DNA of 64,000 bases from IMG/VR virus record IMGVR_UViG_3300032322_001765, positions 156,868 to 220,867 of that record; one strand, written 5' to 3'. Below, piece after piece: positions 1 through 9,674 of this stretch. Position 1 is the first letter of the stretch; each line of letters begins with the position of its first letter. The position numbers were made by a program, and so were the translations under genes. A model generated the notes under the pieces. That model was not told where the DNA came from. It saw nothing but the letters and a program-made list of their open reading frames with translations, and made no database searches.

Positions 1-701
1 TAGGTTGTAACGCCATACATTTCATAATTTCTTTTTAATTCATCGGCTAAATTTTCTTCATACCTAATGTAATCGTTTTTCTTTTTACCCAATAAAGGAT
101 ATTGGCAATATTTACATTTAAAAATACATCCTCTGCTTATCTCAATAGGTAAAACACAAGCATCAACCAAATCAGATTTTTGCCATTCAATGGTTAAATC
201 TGTATCATCGTTCTTGTAAGATTTTTCAGCATCTATTGCAACAGTGCCTTTATATTCTACCCAATTTAGATTATCTAAACGTTTTTTGGTTAGATAATCT
301 AGGTAGTGTGATATAGCTTCTTCAGCGTATCCCCAAATTATTCTGTCAACATATTTGGTTTCTAAAAAATTATCATCACCCTGAGATAGGGTAGTTTCAG
401 TACCGCCAATCACAGTTTTGACATGAGGGTATTTTTCTTTTATAGTTTTAAATAAAAAATTAACTTTGTTAAACTTATTAAAAAAAGTAATACTTACACC
501 CACAAATAGTGTTTTGTCTCCGATGTATTTTTCGAGTAATTGCTCAATTTCATTTTCAGTAAACTTGCTAAAAAAATCTATAACTTCTACCTCATAGTTT
601 TTTTTCTTTAACCAAGTACGTATTCTGAATGCTCCGGCTGGTCTCAATATTAAATCGTCATCAGCCATACCAGTAAATATTAGTCCGTGATATAGGCTCA
701 T
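1..701 (-). CDS. Cobalamin-binding radical SAM protein (partial, runs off window start)
   Basis: Own translation from ATG at 701: MSLYHGLIFTGMADDDLILRPAGAFRIR...KTVIGG...EISRGCIFKCKYC; CxxxCxxC motif; paralog of 5002..6480; ATGA overlap with upstream gene. Confidence 0.85.
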   Translation of the reverse strand, partial: MSLYHGLIFTGMADDDLILRPAGAFRIRTWLKKKNYEVEVIDFFSKFTENEIEQLLEKYIGDKTLFVGVSITFFNKFNKVNFLFKTIKEKYPHVKTVIGGTETTLSQGDDNFLETKYVDRIIWGYAEEAISHYLDYLTKKRLDNLNWVEYKGTVAIDAEKSYKNDDTDLTIEWQKSDLVDACVLPIEISRGCIFKCKYCQYPLLGKKKNDYIRYEENLADELKRNYEMYGVTT

Positions 702-1792
702 CGTTTAAAAAATATTCCCTGATTGTCACTAACTAATTTTTGTCCTTGCCACCAACCTTTTTTCCAACCATCTCTTAATATTGCTTGTATTAAAAAAGTG
801 CCACGGGTGTTTGGAATAAAAGATGCCCAAGGACCCATGTACATGTAACTTGTATCAACCGAATTTACATCTGCCCAATGAATTACTTGTATAAGGCTTT
901 TTTCTAAAACAGTGCCGATATGATAAGGGTTACTACCATAATTAGGATGTCTGTGATAGCTTAAATTCTTTTCTTTAGCAATTTCTGAAATCCAATCATA
1001 AATTTCGCTTGCGAATATTTCTCTTTCTCTTTCAAATTCCACACCTATCATTGCCGGCGATCTAATACAGTAGTTAGTAGCTTGTATACCTTTTTCTTCT
1101 ATCCAAAGAATCTTGTCAATTGCATGTCTTACTTGTTCTCTACTTTCTACTGTGAATGATACTTGTGCTAATGCTATGCCTTCTTCAATTACATTCGTGA
1201 GTGCAGATGACACGTTTTTCCAAACCTTTTCTGAATGATACTCTGGATGATGAATACTCATGCATACGCTTGAAAGTTTGACTTTTGCTAATTCTTTTAC
1301 GTAATCTTTATTTTGTAATTTTACTCCATTGGTGTATACAGTAACAAGCTTGTGAGATTTACCGTAGGGAATACTTTGTATCTTTGCTATAAGTTCAGGT
1401 AAATCTTTTCTCATGGTTGGTTCTGCTCCTGCAAGACAAACAACCTGACCAGGTGCAGCCTTGGCAGTGGTTACTATCCACTCTAATGATTTATCTTGTA
1501 AAGTGTTATCAGGGTCGTGATAGCAATGTTTACACTGAACATTGCATTTATCGGTAACTTCTATAGTCGATACATTATTGTAAATATCCCAACATGGATT
1601 ATCAGGATCTTTTTGCGTTATACTATCCCAAAATTCATATGATTTTTCAACCATTGCCTCTTGATATCCATGCGAAGGGCAGGTTTTGGTAATATAGGCT
1701 GAACCGTCAGTTCTATATTCAATTTGAGCTGGTAGTTCTCTATAACATACTTTACACAATCCGGTAGTAAAGTAAGAATTTACTAATTCCAT
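698..1792 (-). CDS. Radical SAM protein, Tes/MJ0619-like N-terminus
   Basis: CKVC...TKTCPSHG N-terminal metal site, CNVQCKHC, LAGAEPT, TNG. Confidence 0.85.
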   Translation of the reverse strand: MELVNSYFTTGLCKVCYRELPAQIEYRTDGSAYITKTCPSHGYQEAMVEKSYEFWDSITQKDPDNPCWDIYNNVSTIEVTDKCNVQCKHCYHDPDNTLQDKSLEWIVTTAKAAPGQVVCLAGAEPTMRKDLPELIAKIQSIPYGKSHKLVTVYTNGVKLQNKDYVKELAKVKLSSVCMSIHHPEYHSEKVWKNVSSALTNVIEEGIALAQVSFTVESREQVRHAIDKILWIEEKGIQATNYCIRSPAMIGVEFEREREIFASEIYDWISEIAKEKNLSYHRHPNYGSNPYHIGTVLEKSLIQVIHWADVNSVDTSYMYMGPWASFIPNTRGTFLIQAILRDGWKKGWWQGQKLVSDNQGIFFKR

Positions 1793-1805
1793 AATTTTTC
1801 CTAAA

Positions 1806-2435
1806 CTATTTTGTTCCGTAAAACCACAAGAAAGTCAAATCTTTTCCAGTATTTTTGACTTCAAATGTGATGTTTTTAAATCCAATTTCTTCAAATATTA
1901 ATTTGTATTTTTCTACAGAAGTATGAAAAACTGGTAATGGATAACCAAGATATTCAAAATAATTTTCAAATTCTTCATGTCCTGTAAATTCCTTACATCC
2001 TAAAGTTACGTATACAGGCATGTTATGTTTTACCATTTTATAAAACAATTTAAATGATATAATTTGTTTTTCCATAGGCAAATGCATGATTGAGTAAAAA
2101 CAAGTTATTAAATCAAATGTGTTTTCAGGAAAGGATAATTCACAGGTATCACACAAAACAGTTTTGGCATTCGGAGCGTGTTTATTTACATATTGTAATG
2201 CTTCACCTGCAATATCAGATCCAGTGACTTCGTGCCCTAAATCATGAAAAAATTTAATTACAGGATATCCAGTCCCGCACCCCGCATCTAAGACTTTACT
2301 TGTTTTTGGTAATTTTGCAGCTAGCCCTTCTAATTGCTCTGTGTTATTAAAGTAAGTGTCTCTTTCAATGTCATGAAAAGATGAAAATTTATTATATACA
2401 CTTGATAGTTCATCGGTTATCTGAAGGTAATTCAT
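1806..2435 (-). CDS. Class I SAM-dependent methyltransferase
   Basis: VLDAGCGTG motif I, GSDI, FDLITCFYSIMH. Confidence 0.9.
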   Translation of the reverse strand: MNYLQITDELSSVYNKFSSFHDIERDTYFNNTEQLEGLAAKLPKTSKVLDAGCGTGYPVIKFFHDLGHEVTGSDIAGEALQYVNKHAPNAKTVLCDTCELSFPENTFDLITCFYSIMHLPMEKQIISFKLFYKMVKHNMPVYVTLGCKEFTGHEEFENYFEYLGYPLPVFHTSVEKYKLIFEEIGFKNITFEVKNTGKDLTFLWFYGTK

Positions 2436-2467
2436 CGTAATATTTATTTCTTAATTTTAATAGGTTT

Positions 2468-3358
2468 TTATTCTAATGTGTATTCAATTTTATAAAATTT
2501 TAATTCTTTCAAAAATCGAGTTGAATCTACATAATCTCCCATTAAATACGATCCGGTTTTGGTCAAGTTTAAGTCTTGAAGTATTGCTGAAACAACTAAA
2601 CAAGCAGAGTAATAATATCCTGAAAATGTTTTAATTGTTAATTTTTGATTTTCTGATTGTATTATTATTTTAGAATATTCATCTCCTAAATTTATCTCAT
2701 CCATTTGCATATAAAAACCTGCAGTGTTTATATTTGAAAAATTTTCTTTTGCTACTTTAAGTTCATAATTTGGAATAGGATTTACATATCCGATATCAAA
2801 TTTTTTTTGTTGGCTTGTACTAGTAGGAATCCAATTACCATCTACTAAGGTACAATCTAGAATTTGGTTGCTTTCATGTATTGTTAAGTATTCATCTATG
2901 TTTTGCTGAGATAGGTTTCTATTACTCCAACAAGTTTTAAAATGAGCTAGAATACTTAATTCATTTTCTACTTTTAACATTTGAAGAAATGGTAAAAATG
3001 AAGTTGCCCCGCAATCAAAGACATAGGTATTTTTTGAAAATTTATATTTTTCAAGAAGATTATAATTTATTTGAGCAGGAGAGTGACAATCAAAAAAACT
3101 AGTGTCAGCTTTTTCTATTTTTTTTAATAAATTTTCTTGATAGTTAATATTATTAGTGCAATTAATTACTAAATTAAAATTACTGTAACCGTCAAAATTT
3201 TCAATCGTGTCACACACATACTCTACATTTTCTTTTGACTGCTGTTTAAGTAAATTTTCGTTTTTTCCTAATATGGTTACATTTAATCCTTTGTCACATA
3301 GTAGTTTTAATATTTCTTTACCTAAATTTCCGTAACTACCTAGCAACAATATTTTCAT
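2468..3358 (-). CDS. NAD(P)-binding Rossmann protein, saccharopine dehydrogenase-like
   Basis: N-terminal ILLLGSYGNLG, LVINCT. Confidence 0.6.
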   Translation of the reverse strand: MKILLLGSYGNLGKEILKLLCDKGLNVTILGKNENLLKQQSKENVEYVCDTIENFDGYSNFNLVINCTNNINYQENLLKKIEKADTSFFDCHSPAQINYNLLEKYKFSKNTYVFDCGATSFLPFLQMLKVENELSILAHFKTCWSNRNLSQQNIDEYLTIHESNQILDCTLVDGNWIPTSTSQQKKFDIGYVNPIPNYELKVAKENFSNINTAGFYMQMDEINLGDEYSKIIIQSENQKLTIKTFSGYYYSACLVVSAILQDLNLTKTGSYLMGDYVDSTRFLKELKFYKIEYTLE

Positions 3359-4452
3359 ATGTTTTTTGAAAAACTTAAAGTGTTTACTTGTTTTGAGTCA
3401 GAAACAAGACGTTGCCCTTGCCACCAACCACGCTTCCAACCTTCTCTTAAAATAATTTGTAAATGCAAAGTAGCAAGTGTTACTGGAACAAAATCTGCCC
3501 AAGGACCCATATTCATCCAAGACAAATCAACATTTTTTACACTCGCCCAATGAATTACTTGTAAGAATAAACCATCTAACAAATATGCAATATGATAAGG
3601 ATTACTGCCACCATTTGGGTGTTTTTCAAAACTAAGATTTTTTTCTTTGGCAACTTGTTCTATCCATATTACAATGTCGCTAGCAAAAATTTCTTGATCG
3701 TCTATAGCAGTGCCTATCTCAGCAGGACTACGAATACAAAAATTACCTGGTATTCTATTTTGAGATTTAAACCAAAGCATTTTGTCAATTGCATATCTAA
3801 CTTCATCAATGTTTTCTACAGTAAATGATACTTGTCCTAATCCTATGTTAGTGTTATGTACTACTAATTCTACTCCGGTGGATATTTTTTCCCACAATTG
3901 CTCTTTATGGTATTCTGGATTATGAACGCTGAGATTTATTGTTCCTAATCCTGCCGCTTCTAATTTTTCAACATAACCGGGTTCTGCAAGTTTTATTCCG
4001 TTAGAATAGAGCCCAATCATTTTATTAGATTTTTCTTTAGCTTCTGTTATTATTTCGAACAAATCTTCTCTCATTGTGGGTTCAGCTCCCATTAAACATA
4101 CATTATTAAATGGAGCACTTATTATTTTGTTAACTATAAAATCTTTTGGTTTATCTTTAATTTTATTATCTGGGTTATGATAACAATGTTTACACATAAC
4201 ATTGCACCTATCAGTAATGTCAATACACACAAGTTGATTATAACCCATAGTTGTGGGATTATTAGGATTAAATTGAGGGGCTGATTCCCAAAATTCATAA
4301 GATTTTTCTACTACGAATTCTTCATATCCATGATTAGGGCATGTTTTAGTAATGTAGGCTGCGCCATCACTTCTATACTCAATCGTCGCAGGTAATTCTA
4401 AGTAACACGTACTACATAAGCCGCGAGTTGGATATGATTTTATTATTTCCAT
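3355..4452 (-). CDS. Radical SAM protein, Tes/MJ0619-like; paralog of 698..1792
   Basis: CSTC...TKTCPNHG, CNVMCKHC, LMGAEPT; near-collinear with 698..1792. Confidence 0.85.
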   Translation of the reverse strand: MEIIKSYPTRGLCSTCYLELPATIEYRSDGAAYITKTCPNHGYEEFVVEKSYEFWESAPQFNPNNPTTMGYNQLVCIDITDRCNVMCKHCYHNPDNKIKDKPKDFIVNKIISAPFNNVCLMGAEPTMREDLFEIITEAKEKSNKMIGLYSNGIKLAEPGYVEKLEAAGLGTINLSVHNPEYHKEQLWEKISTGVELVVHNTNIGLGQVSFTVENIDEVRYAIDKMLWFKSQNRIPGNFCIRSPAEIGTAIDDQEIFASDIVIWIEQVAKEKNLSFEKHPNGGSNPYHIAYLLDGLFLQVIHWASVKNVDLSWMNMGPWADFVPVTLATLHLQIILREGWKRGWWQGQRLVSDSKQVNTLSFSKNI

Positions 4453-5009
4453 TATTGTTCCTTAATAATTCCAAAAAAATTGAATAGATATTTAGGTTTA
4501 AATCCGCAGTTTATGCCGCCATGCCAATTAGTTCTTGATGGCCACTTGTAAACTGCACCTTGGTCTTGAAAATACATACAATGATCTTCTATCATTACTG
4601 CATGTCCTACAGTAGGTTTTGATATATGACATGTAAATCTAGCTGTATTTAGTGTTTCATAATAAGCTTCATTATCATTGCAATCCCAATGCCATGGTGT
4701 CATGTAACCAGGATTAATTCTACTAATCCAACAACTTAATGGATCTACATTTACGTAATCAGCAAATATAGTGACAATTTTTTCATCAAAGTGTACTTCG
4801 GGAAAAAACATATCCCAGCCTGCGTTACCGCCATCTTTTATAAGCTTGAAACCAGCTTCTTCCCAAAGTTTCGCCATTTCTTTTATGCCTATAATTTCAT
4901 CCGTACCTTTGTGTCTAGGTCCTATGTATCCTGGTTCTTTGTTATCTAAGACAGAAATTATAGAATCCCAGTCAATTAAGTGTGAAATATTTCCAATAAG
5001 TTCAGCCAT
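4452..5009 (-). CDS. Putative Fe(II)/2OG oxygenase-like (cupin) protein
   Basis: PWHWD (HxD) and distal WHGG; paralog of 6477..6995. Confidence 0.55.
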   Translation of the reverse strand: MAELIGNISHLIDWDSIISVLDNKEPGYIGPRHKGTDEIIGIKEMAKLWEEAGFKLIKDGGNAGWDMFFPEVHFDEKIVTIFADYVNVDPLSCWISRINPGYMTPWHWDCNDNEAYYETLNTARFTCHISKPTVGHAVMIEDHCMYFQDQGAVYKWPSRTNWHGGINCGFKPKYLFNFFGIIKEQ

Positions 5010-6480
5010 TTTTTAATTTATCTATCAAGGGGGTAAAATAATCAGTTATTGGATTATCAATTGTTCCTAACTTATAATCTACGTTATCTTTTCTAGGACC
5101 TCTTGCAGTCCAAACTTTATGATTTAATTCTGTCGCTAACTCATGCGCCCGTGCATATGTTAAAATATCTGTCCCATCATTTTTAATCCAGTGTGTAGGT
5201 TTGTTTTTGTCAGGAATGGTATATCCAAATTTTTCTGGGTCTTTATCTATTTCACTTGGATGAATCGTAGATCCTTCATAATAAGGATGAATTATTAATC
5301 CTAAAAATGATGCACCGTAATTAACAGGACAATCGTCTTTGGAAAACCAATCTGCTTGTTCTCTAACAAATGCTTCATCCTCTTCGGGAAGACCAACTAT
5401 ATAACCGCCATTGATTGATACTGTATCTCCCCAGTGTTCTTGCATTTCATATAAAGCCTGCTTTCTTCTAGATGGATTCATTCCTTTACCAGCAAATTTA
5501 CCAGCAGCTGGATGAAATGATTCTATTCCTATATAACAAGATGAAAGTCCTCCTTCTTTGAGTAAAGGTATTTGCTTTGGTTGTGTTGCGATAATGTCTG
5601 CACGAATGTAAGCTTTTGTTTGTAGATTAAAAGGCAATTTGTTTCTTACTCTCGCCATCATTTCTAATTTTTCAATTGAGTCGTTAAAGGTGTCATCTGC
5701 AATAAAATATTTCGTAGTTCCAAACTCATTATAATTTCTAATTAGTTCGTTATATATCGTATCTTCTGTTTTTGTATATCCAGCTACATCCTTTTGTCCA
5801 ATGAGAGGGAACGAACAAAAATTGCATTTAAATTTACATCCTCTTGCTATCTCTAAATTTAAAATTTCATTAGCGTTTATTTGGTCATATTTTGTATAGA
5901 TAGTTGAACAATAATTCCAACCCCAATCACGAGAATTTGAATTGATATCGTGTTGTATTATCTTAGGCCATAATCTTTTTTGGTCTTTTAATAAATCAAT
6001 TGTTTGATTTTCTCCTAAACCATTTATAAAATAATCAGCAGGAAAATCTCTGTAAAATTCAATTTTTGGTCCGCCTAAAATTATTTTAATTTTTTTATTT
6101 TTTTCTTTTACAACATTCGTCCAATCACTAACTTCTCCCATAACTGCACTATATGTTAAACTATCTTTGCTAATCGTAGGACTTTCACCTGATTCTGTAA
6201 ACCAGGCAATATTACAAGAACTAAATCTACTATTTTTTACGAAAGGGGTTCGATATGGCCACCAAGTTGTGGAAAAACCAACCATTTTAGTGTTATCGCC
6301 TATTGCCAAATTGCATATAGTTTTCCATGTGTCTAAAGTTAGAGCAGAAGAAAAATCAACTACTAAAGTTTTAAACCCGTTAGATCGTAAATGACTAGCA
6401 AGCCTGTGTGCTCCATATCCTCTAGACCAAGTAGGAAATGTCGCCGTATCAGTGACTAATATTACATCAAAGGTATTCAT
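5002..6480 (-). CDS. Cobalamin-binding radical SAM protein
   Basis: N-terminal GAHRLASHLR...VGFS...IILGGP B12-type domain; EIARGCKFKCNFC; GIES. Confidence 0.85.
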   Translation of the reverse strand: MNTFDVILVTDTATFPTWSRGYGAHRLASHLRSNGFKTLVVDFSSALTLDTWKTICNLAIGDNTKMVGFSTTWWPYRTPFVKNSRFSSCNIAWFTESGESPTISKDSLTYSAVMGEVSDWTNVVKEKNKKIKIILGGPKIEFYRDFPADYFINGLGENQTIDLLKDQKRLWPKIIQHDINSNSRDWGWNYCSTIYTKYDQINANEILNLEIARGCKFKCNFCSFPLIGQKDVAGYTKTEDTIYNELIRNYNEFGTTKYFIADDTFNDSIEKLEMMARVRNKLPFNLQTKAYIRADIIATQPKQIPLLKEGGLSSCYIGIESFHPAAGKFAGKGMNPSRRKQALYEMQEHWGDTVSINGGYIVGLPEEDEAFVREQADWFSKDDCPVNYGASFLGLIIHPYYEGSTIHPSEIDKDPEKFGYTIPDKNKPTHWIKNDGTDILTYARAHELATELNHKVWTARGPRKDNVDYKLGTIDNPITDYFTPLIDKLKNG

Positions 6481-6995
6481 ACGTAGCCTAAAAAATGATA
6501 CAAGTATTGTTTTTTAAAACCACAATTAGAAGCACCGTGCCAATCTAAAAAGTTATTCCATTTAATTATAGTATTTTTTGATTGCATGTAGTAGGATTTA
6601 TCTTCGATCATTAATAATTGACCATAAGCCGGATCATGTATAAAACAAGTATATCTAACAAGTTTTCCTAATTTATTATATTCACTTAAATTGTCATCAA
6701 CGTCTTGGTGCCATGGTGCATTTTTTCCCGGTCTTAGACAGCTTATCCAAGAACGGATAGGCTTACAATTTACAATTTGTGAAAATTTATTTTCAACCTC
6801 TTTATTGTAATGTAAATTTGGATAATAATTTATCCACTCAACTTGCACCGATGTATATTTTGCAGATTCCCATAAAGTAGATATTTCATTAAATTCTCCC
6901 TTTTCGTTTTTATAAAAATCTAAACCAATCGTTCTTACCTCTCCTTGCATTTGAGATATTTCCAAAACTACATCGTCCCAAAAACTGTCATTCAT
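6477..6995 (-). CDS. Putative Fe(II)/2OG oxygenase-like (cupin) protein
   Basis: PWHQD and distal WHGA; paralog of 4452..5009. Confidence 0.55.
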   Translation of the reverse strand: MNDSFWDDVVLEISQMQGEVRTIGLDFYKNEKGEFNEISTLWESAKYTSVQVEWINYYPNLHYNKEVENKFSQIVNCKPIRSWISCLRPGKNAPWHQDVDDNLSEYNKLGKLVRYTCFIHDPAYGQLLMIEDKSYYMQSKNTIIKWNNFLDWHGASNCGFKKQYLYHFLGYV

Positions 6996-8991
6996 CTTTT
7001 TTTCCTGCTCTCGACATTTGAAACAATTTCATTTTAATTCTCTCATTTGTGTCTTTTCTAAATGTTGCAAAATTTCTATACATACTGGATTTGTTTTTCC
7101 ATTCGACATCAATAGCTTTTGTAACTAAACTTACGGTTTCTAATTTAGGTAATATTTTTTTGTTACCTTCTTCTTCCCATATGTCCCAACGATATTTGTT
7201 ATCCCAAATGAGTTCTTCAGGCACTGCAAATGTACTATTTTTACAGTAAAGTAAGCAATCCTCAAGTAAATCATCTATTATTTCAACAAACTCACATCTT
7301 AAAGATTCATATATTTCATCACGATTAGTACACCACAGCCAAGCATAAGAAGCATAAACAGTCCAAGTTCCTTTAATCGGTCCTATTTCAAATTGCCTCC
7401 ATGACTTATTCCAAAACTTACCTTCAGCTATAGGGGTAAGGTATTCATCATAAATTGGCTTATAAAAATTATCAACCTTAGATAGTGCGGTGAAGATTTT
7501 TTTGAAAACAACGTCTAACGGAACTTCTTTAATATGAAATAGTATGTCAATAAATGGAGTAAGCATTGCCATATTCATTAATACTAAGTTCATGTCATTC
7601 ATAAAAAACATTTCTTTCCAATCTTCAACAGAGTAGGAATAACAACTGATTGGAATATGAAGTGTATTTTCTTTGGGAAAGTTTTTTGATCTATACAATT
7701 GTAAGGCGTTTGATTCATTGTCATTTAGTAAAGACATTGATTCATCTATTGCGATTGGTGCTAATTTCATATCAAATTTAGCTAAGTAATCGGGATTACC
7801 TATAGGTGCATCAGGTAAAACATATAATGGGACATGATGAGTATGAGGTTTAATACTATTCATGAGTGAATATTCTATGGCTGTTTCTTGATAGAATGTT
7901 TCTACTTTCATACCAGGCAAACCTAAAATAAGTTCAACAATCACATCAATGTCATATTTTTCAATTAAATATTTTGCTAGGCTTACATTTTCTTCAGGTG
8001 TAACATCTGTTCTTTCGATATTTTCTAATATCTTTTCATCAATTGTTTGTAGACTTATTTGATATAATGTTACAAGACCTGATTGAATCAAAGGTTCTAA
8101 TACTGCTTGCCTTTTGGCAGATTTAGTTTTCGCTAATCCGGTTATACCTACGAATTTCATATAATCATTTTGTTGAGCCAGTAAATTTGCAATATCGGGA
8201 TCTCTTTTTAAGATACCAAAGTTTGCATCAGTAAGCCAAACAGTATGAACATTTAACTCTCTAAAGAAAGAAATATCATCAACAAGACTTTCCATTTCTT
8301 TTACAATAACTTTAGTGTTTGTGCCTCCTCCCCATTCACAATAGGTACATTTATACATACAACCCCTATTTGTTTCGTACATAGCACCTAAAATTTTGTT
8401 TTTACTTTTAGCATATTCTGCAATTTTTCTAGCATGATCAATGTTTGCTCTTATAATATCTGGTGGATATTTAAACTCTCTTTTGTCTCCTTCCGGACCG
8501 TAGCCTTTTCTTGAATAACTACCTCTTACCTTAAGCCAATTGATTTCGTTTTCTACTAACATATCTAACATGTCAGTTATAAAAAATTCACCGTATTCAA
8601 CTGGTCTAGAAACAACATCAAAATAGGGATGATTTTTAAACCATAAAAAAGGTTGAGTGTAGGTTGTGTGTTGGTGAGGACCGCCTAGCGATAAAATTGC
8701 ATTTGGCTTACGTTCTTTAATTGCGTTAGCAACTACCTTTACTATTTCCCAATTCCACATGTAACTACTAAATAAGTAAACATCAGCATCTTTACTTACG
8801 GCATCATCAACAATGTCATCTACCGAATATTGTTCATAGTCTGTAACAGGTGGTATCCATTCCCATTGTTCAACGTGTTTTCCATTTAATTCATAATATC
8901 TTTTAAATTCATACCACATGAGTGGCAAATACACATGACTCATTTGCCATGTATTATAATGAAAAATAAATATTTTTTTCTTGTTATCCAT
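6988..8991 (-). CDS. Cobalamin-binding radical SAM protein (667 aa)
   Basis: FSSYMWN...LGGPH B12-type domain; ETNRGCMYKCTYC; DANFG. Confidence 0.85.
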   Translation of the reverse strand: MDNKKKIFIFHYNTWQMSHVYLPLMWYEFKRYYELNGKHVEQWEWIPPVTDYEQYSVDDIVDDAVSKDADVYLFSSYMWNWEIVKVVANAIKERKPNAILSLGGPHQHTTYTQPFLWFKNHPYFDVVSRPVEYGEFFITDMLDMLVENEINWLKVRGSYSRKGYGPEGDKREFKYPPDIIRANIDHARKIAEYAKSKNKILGAMYETNRGCMYKCTYCEWGGGTNTKVIVKEMESLVDDISFFRELNVHTVWLTDANFGILKRDPDIANLLAQQNDYMKFVGITGLAKTKSAKRQAVLEPLIQSGLVTLYQISLQTIDEKILENIERTDVTPEENVSLAKYLIEKYDIDVIVELILGLPGMKVETFYQETAIEYSLMNSIKPHTHHVPLYVLPDAPIGNPDYLAKFDMKLAPIAIDESMSLLNDNESNALQLYRSKNFPKENTLHIPISCYSYSVEDWKEMFFMNDMNLVLMNMAMLTPFIDILFHIKEVPLDVVFKKIFTALSKVDNFYKPIYDEYLTPIAEGKFWNKSWRQFEIGPIKGTWTVYASYAWLWCTNRDEIYESLRCEFVEIIDDLLEDCLLYCKNSTFAVPEELIWDNKYRWDIWEEEGNKKILPKLETVSLVTKAIDVEWKNKSSMYRNFATFRKDTNERIKMKLFQMSRAGKKDE

Positions 8992-9643
8992 ATATCTTTT
9001 TGTGTATGTCTGTTAAATTAATTGGCCATTTTCCAAAATGTGTCAATCCTGATTTAAACAATAACTCTACATTTACTTTACTTTCAATTGTCGCTTTGCT
9101 AAATCTGTCAGTATCAAATCCTATGATACTTTTTACATTTTCAAGTTCTACAAATGGGTTTTCTTTTTCAACGGTAGCATAAAAATCTATACAATGCATT
9201 TGACCATTAGTATCATAATAATGACTATGAGGATAAATCGTTGCTTTTAAATATCCTAAATTTACTTGATCGTAAATTATTGTACTTATATCTTCGTACC
9301 AATTTTCGTTTAAATTTTTATGTTTAAAAATTAAATCATTGCAGGTATTACCATACCATTTTATGAAAATTTTATTATCTTTAATATCTAATACTTCGGG
9401 TGCATATGGTTTTGATTCAAAAATTTTTAAATATTTACACTCACGTTCAAACATAAATTCAATATGATTTTTATCATAACACAATCTTACCTGTTTAGAT
9501 TGATATTCATTTGGGTAAGAAAAATTCATGCAAAAAACATTGCCCTCAGGATTAATTCTGGGTTCATAACACATTTGAGTTGTTGTTAGCTCACCAGTGG
9601 ACTCATGAGTTTTATAATATAAATTCCAGTTTTCTAAATCCAT
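8984..9643 (-). CDS. Protein-kinase-like fold protein
   Basis: ERECKYLKIF...APEV, CIDFY resembling DFG; catalytic loop atypical. Confidence 0.4.
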   Translation of the reverse strand: MDLENWNLYYKTHESTGELTTTQMCYEPRINPEGNVFCMNFSYPNEYQSKQVRLCYDKNHIEFMFERECKYLKIFESKPYAPEVLDIKDNKIFIKWYGNTCNDLIFKHKNLNENWYEDISTIIYDQVNLGYLKATIYPHSHYYDTNGQMHCIDFYATVEKENPFVELENVKSIIGFDTDRFSKATIESKVNVELLFKSGLTHFGKWPINLTDIHKKIYG

Positions 9644-9674
9644 CTGGTATTTATCGTGTAAATAGCTCTTAGAT

